A stretch of DNA of 64,000 nucleotides from contig JAWMAR010000070.1 in assembly GCA_036785375.1 (NCBI GenBank), forward strand, positions 4,836,001-4,900,000, in the 5' to 3' direction. The notes beneath the pieces are model-generated. The model was not told the DNA's origin. It ran no database searches and saw nothing but the letters and a program-made list of their open reading frames with translations. The number at the start of each line of letters is the position of its first letter. Position 1 is the stretch's first letter. A program made the position numbers and the translations under genes. Shown one piece after another: positions 62,687 through 64,000 of the stretch. The DNA comes from Leucoraja ocellata (lineage: Eukaryota).

Positions 62687-64000
62687 GTACGTTGACGATC
62701 TCTCCTCACTCTCCCAGATGTGAACATTCCAGCCTGGGAATTCCCGGCCTCGGTCCTGACGGTGACTCGGTGCCACATCCCCGGGGGTCGGGGTGAAGGA
62801 GGGGGGAGCACATTTACTGGGGCCACACCAAGAGCCCACTGTCCCAGGAGCAGTGTGTGTGGGGGGGGGGGGGGTGTGGGGGGGGGGGCTCATCAATGGG
62901 GACCGGCGGTTCTGCTGCTGGCGGCTCATTTCCCCAAAGACGATCGCTCCGGGTCCAGAACCTCTGCCGCCCCTCGCTGGAGCAGGGGAACAGCCAGAAC
63001 CTCTGGTGCCCCCTCACCCTCTCCCCCTGCCCGTCACTGTCACACCCACCACGCACACAACATCTGAAGAAGGGTCCCAACCTTAAACATTGTCAGTTCA
63101 TTCCTTCCACGGATGCTGCCTGACCTGCTGAGTTACTCCAGCACTTTGTGTTTTGTTCAAGATTCCAGCACCTGCAATTCCTTGTGTCTCACAAACTTTG
63201 GTGATTGATGAGCTCAGTTTATTGTTGTCGTCTGTACTGAGGTACAGGGAAAAGCTTTTACCATGTTTCCAATGAGGGCCAAGTCATTGGGTATTTTTAA
63301 GATTCACAGGTTCTGAATTAGTACGGGTGTCAAGTGATATGGGGAGAAGGCAGGAGAATGGGGTTGAGAGGGAGAGATAGATCAGCCGTGATTGAAAGGT
63401 GGAATAGACTCAATGGGCCAAATGGCCTCAATCTGCCCCTATCACTTATGAACTAATGAACTAAGAATCCTCAAGAGATGAGTGATATAGACTTTACACT
63501 GAGCCACACAAACTGTACAAGATGAGATACTCAACGGGTCGGGCAGCTTCTGTGGAGAGAGAACGAGAGTTAATGTTTCAGGTAGATACCTCCAACCAAA
63601 TTGCATTATTTCCAATTCAGTCCGCGTAATGAAAATAGTCCATGGATCGTCCCGCTCCCAAGTTCTTCTCCAACATAGAAGACATGTGCCTAACTCTAGC
63701 AGCAGGCAGATAACACAGCCTGTGGGACTCTGAAGGGCATGAAAGAAGTCTCTGAATGCTTGTGACCAACTGGTGGCATCTTAATGGGTGAGCCTCCGGT
63801 CTAGATCAAGAGGCTTGGTCCAACTATGGTGGCCTCAGAAGGATCTTTGCTCAAATGTATGGATTGGGATTTGAATCCAGGAATCTCCCCACACGGAGCA
63901 AGAGCGCTCCTGACTGAGGCATCTCCCACACATCACTAAAGTGGCACAGAACGTGCTTTCAGACATTTAATGTTCAAAAACGTCATTCACTTTATCTCCA

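Noticed and set aside
1-64000. CRISPR arrays or prokaryotic operon/defence systems
   Set aside because: The sequence is spliced vertebrate DNA; there is no regularly spaced short direct-repeat array, and the RTs are LINE-type.

Overview
This is eukaryotic, repeat-rich vertebrate genomic DNA. The CR1/L1/Rex LINE and tRNA-SINE content suggests a cartilaginous fish, probably a skate or ray (inference). The window holds a head-to-tail tandem array of four plus-strand immune-type receptor genes, called A-D here; D is cut by the window end. The ORF track shows them only as fragments. Hand-splicing at GT/AG sites gives one layout: leader (phase 1), Ig V1, Ig V2, Ser/Thr stalk, TM exon with an intramembrane Arg (VWGVLRWVLFGILLL), and a short Tyr-containing tail. 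Open products are 364 aa (A), 379 aa (B) and 363 aa (C). The V domains are of the CD300/pIgR/TREM type (skate MDIR-like). Main observations: (i) the four genes carry all four combinations of two V1 types and two V2 types, with patchwork sequence exchange inside V exons, including between V1 and V2 slots; (ii) almost all V-exon differences are non-synonymous while the introns are near-identical; (iii) all eight domains lack the family's extra C-C' disulfide and have a Tyr-rich variable loop there instead. Other elements: a 5'-truncated L1 shared by A and C, several CR1/Rex/other LINE fragments, many SINEs, Tc1/hAT ends, an empty V-cassette slot in gene B intron 1, and a SINE-disrupted duplicate stalk exon. 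All counts are by hand; no database searches were run.
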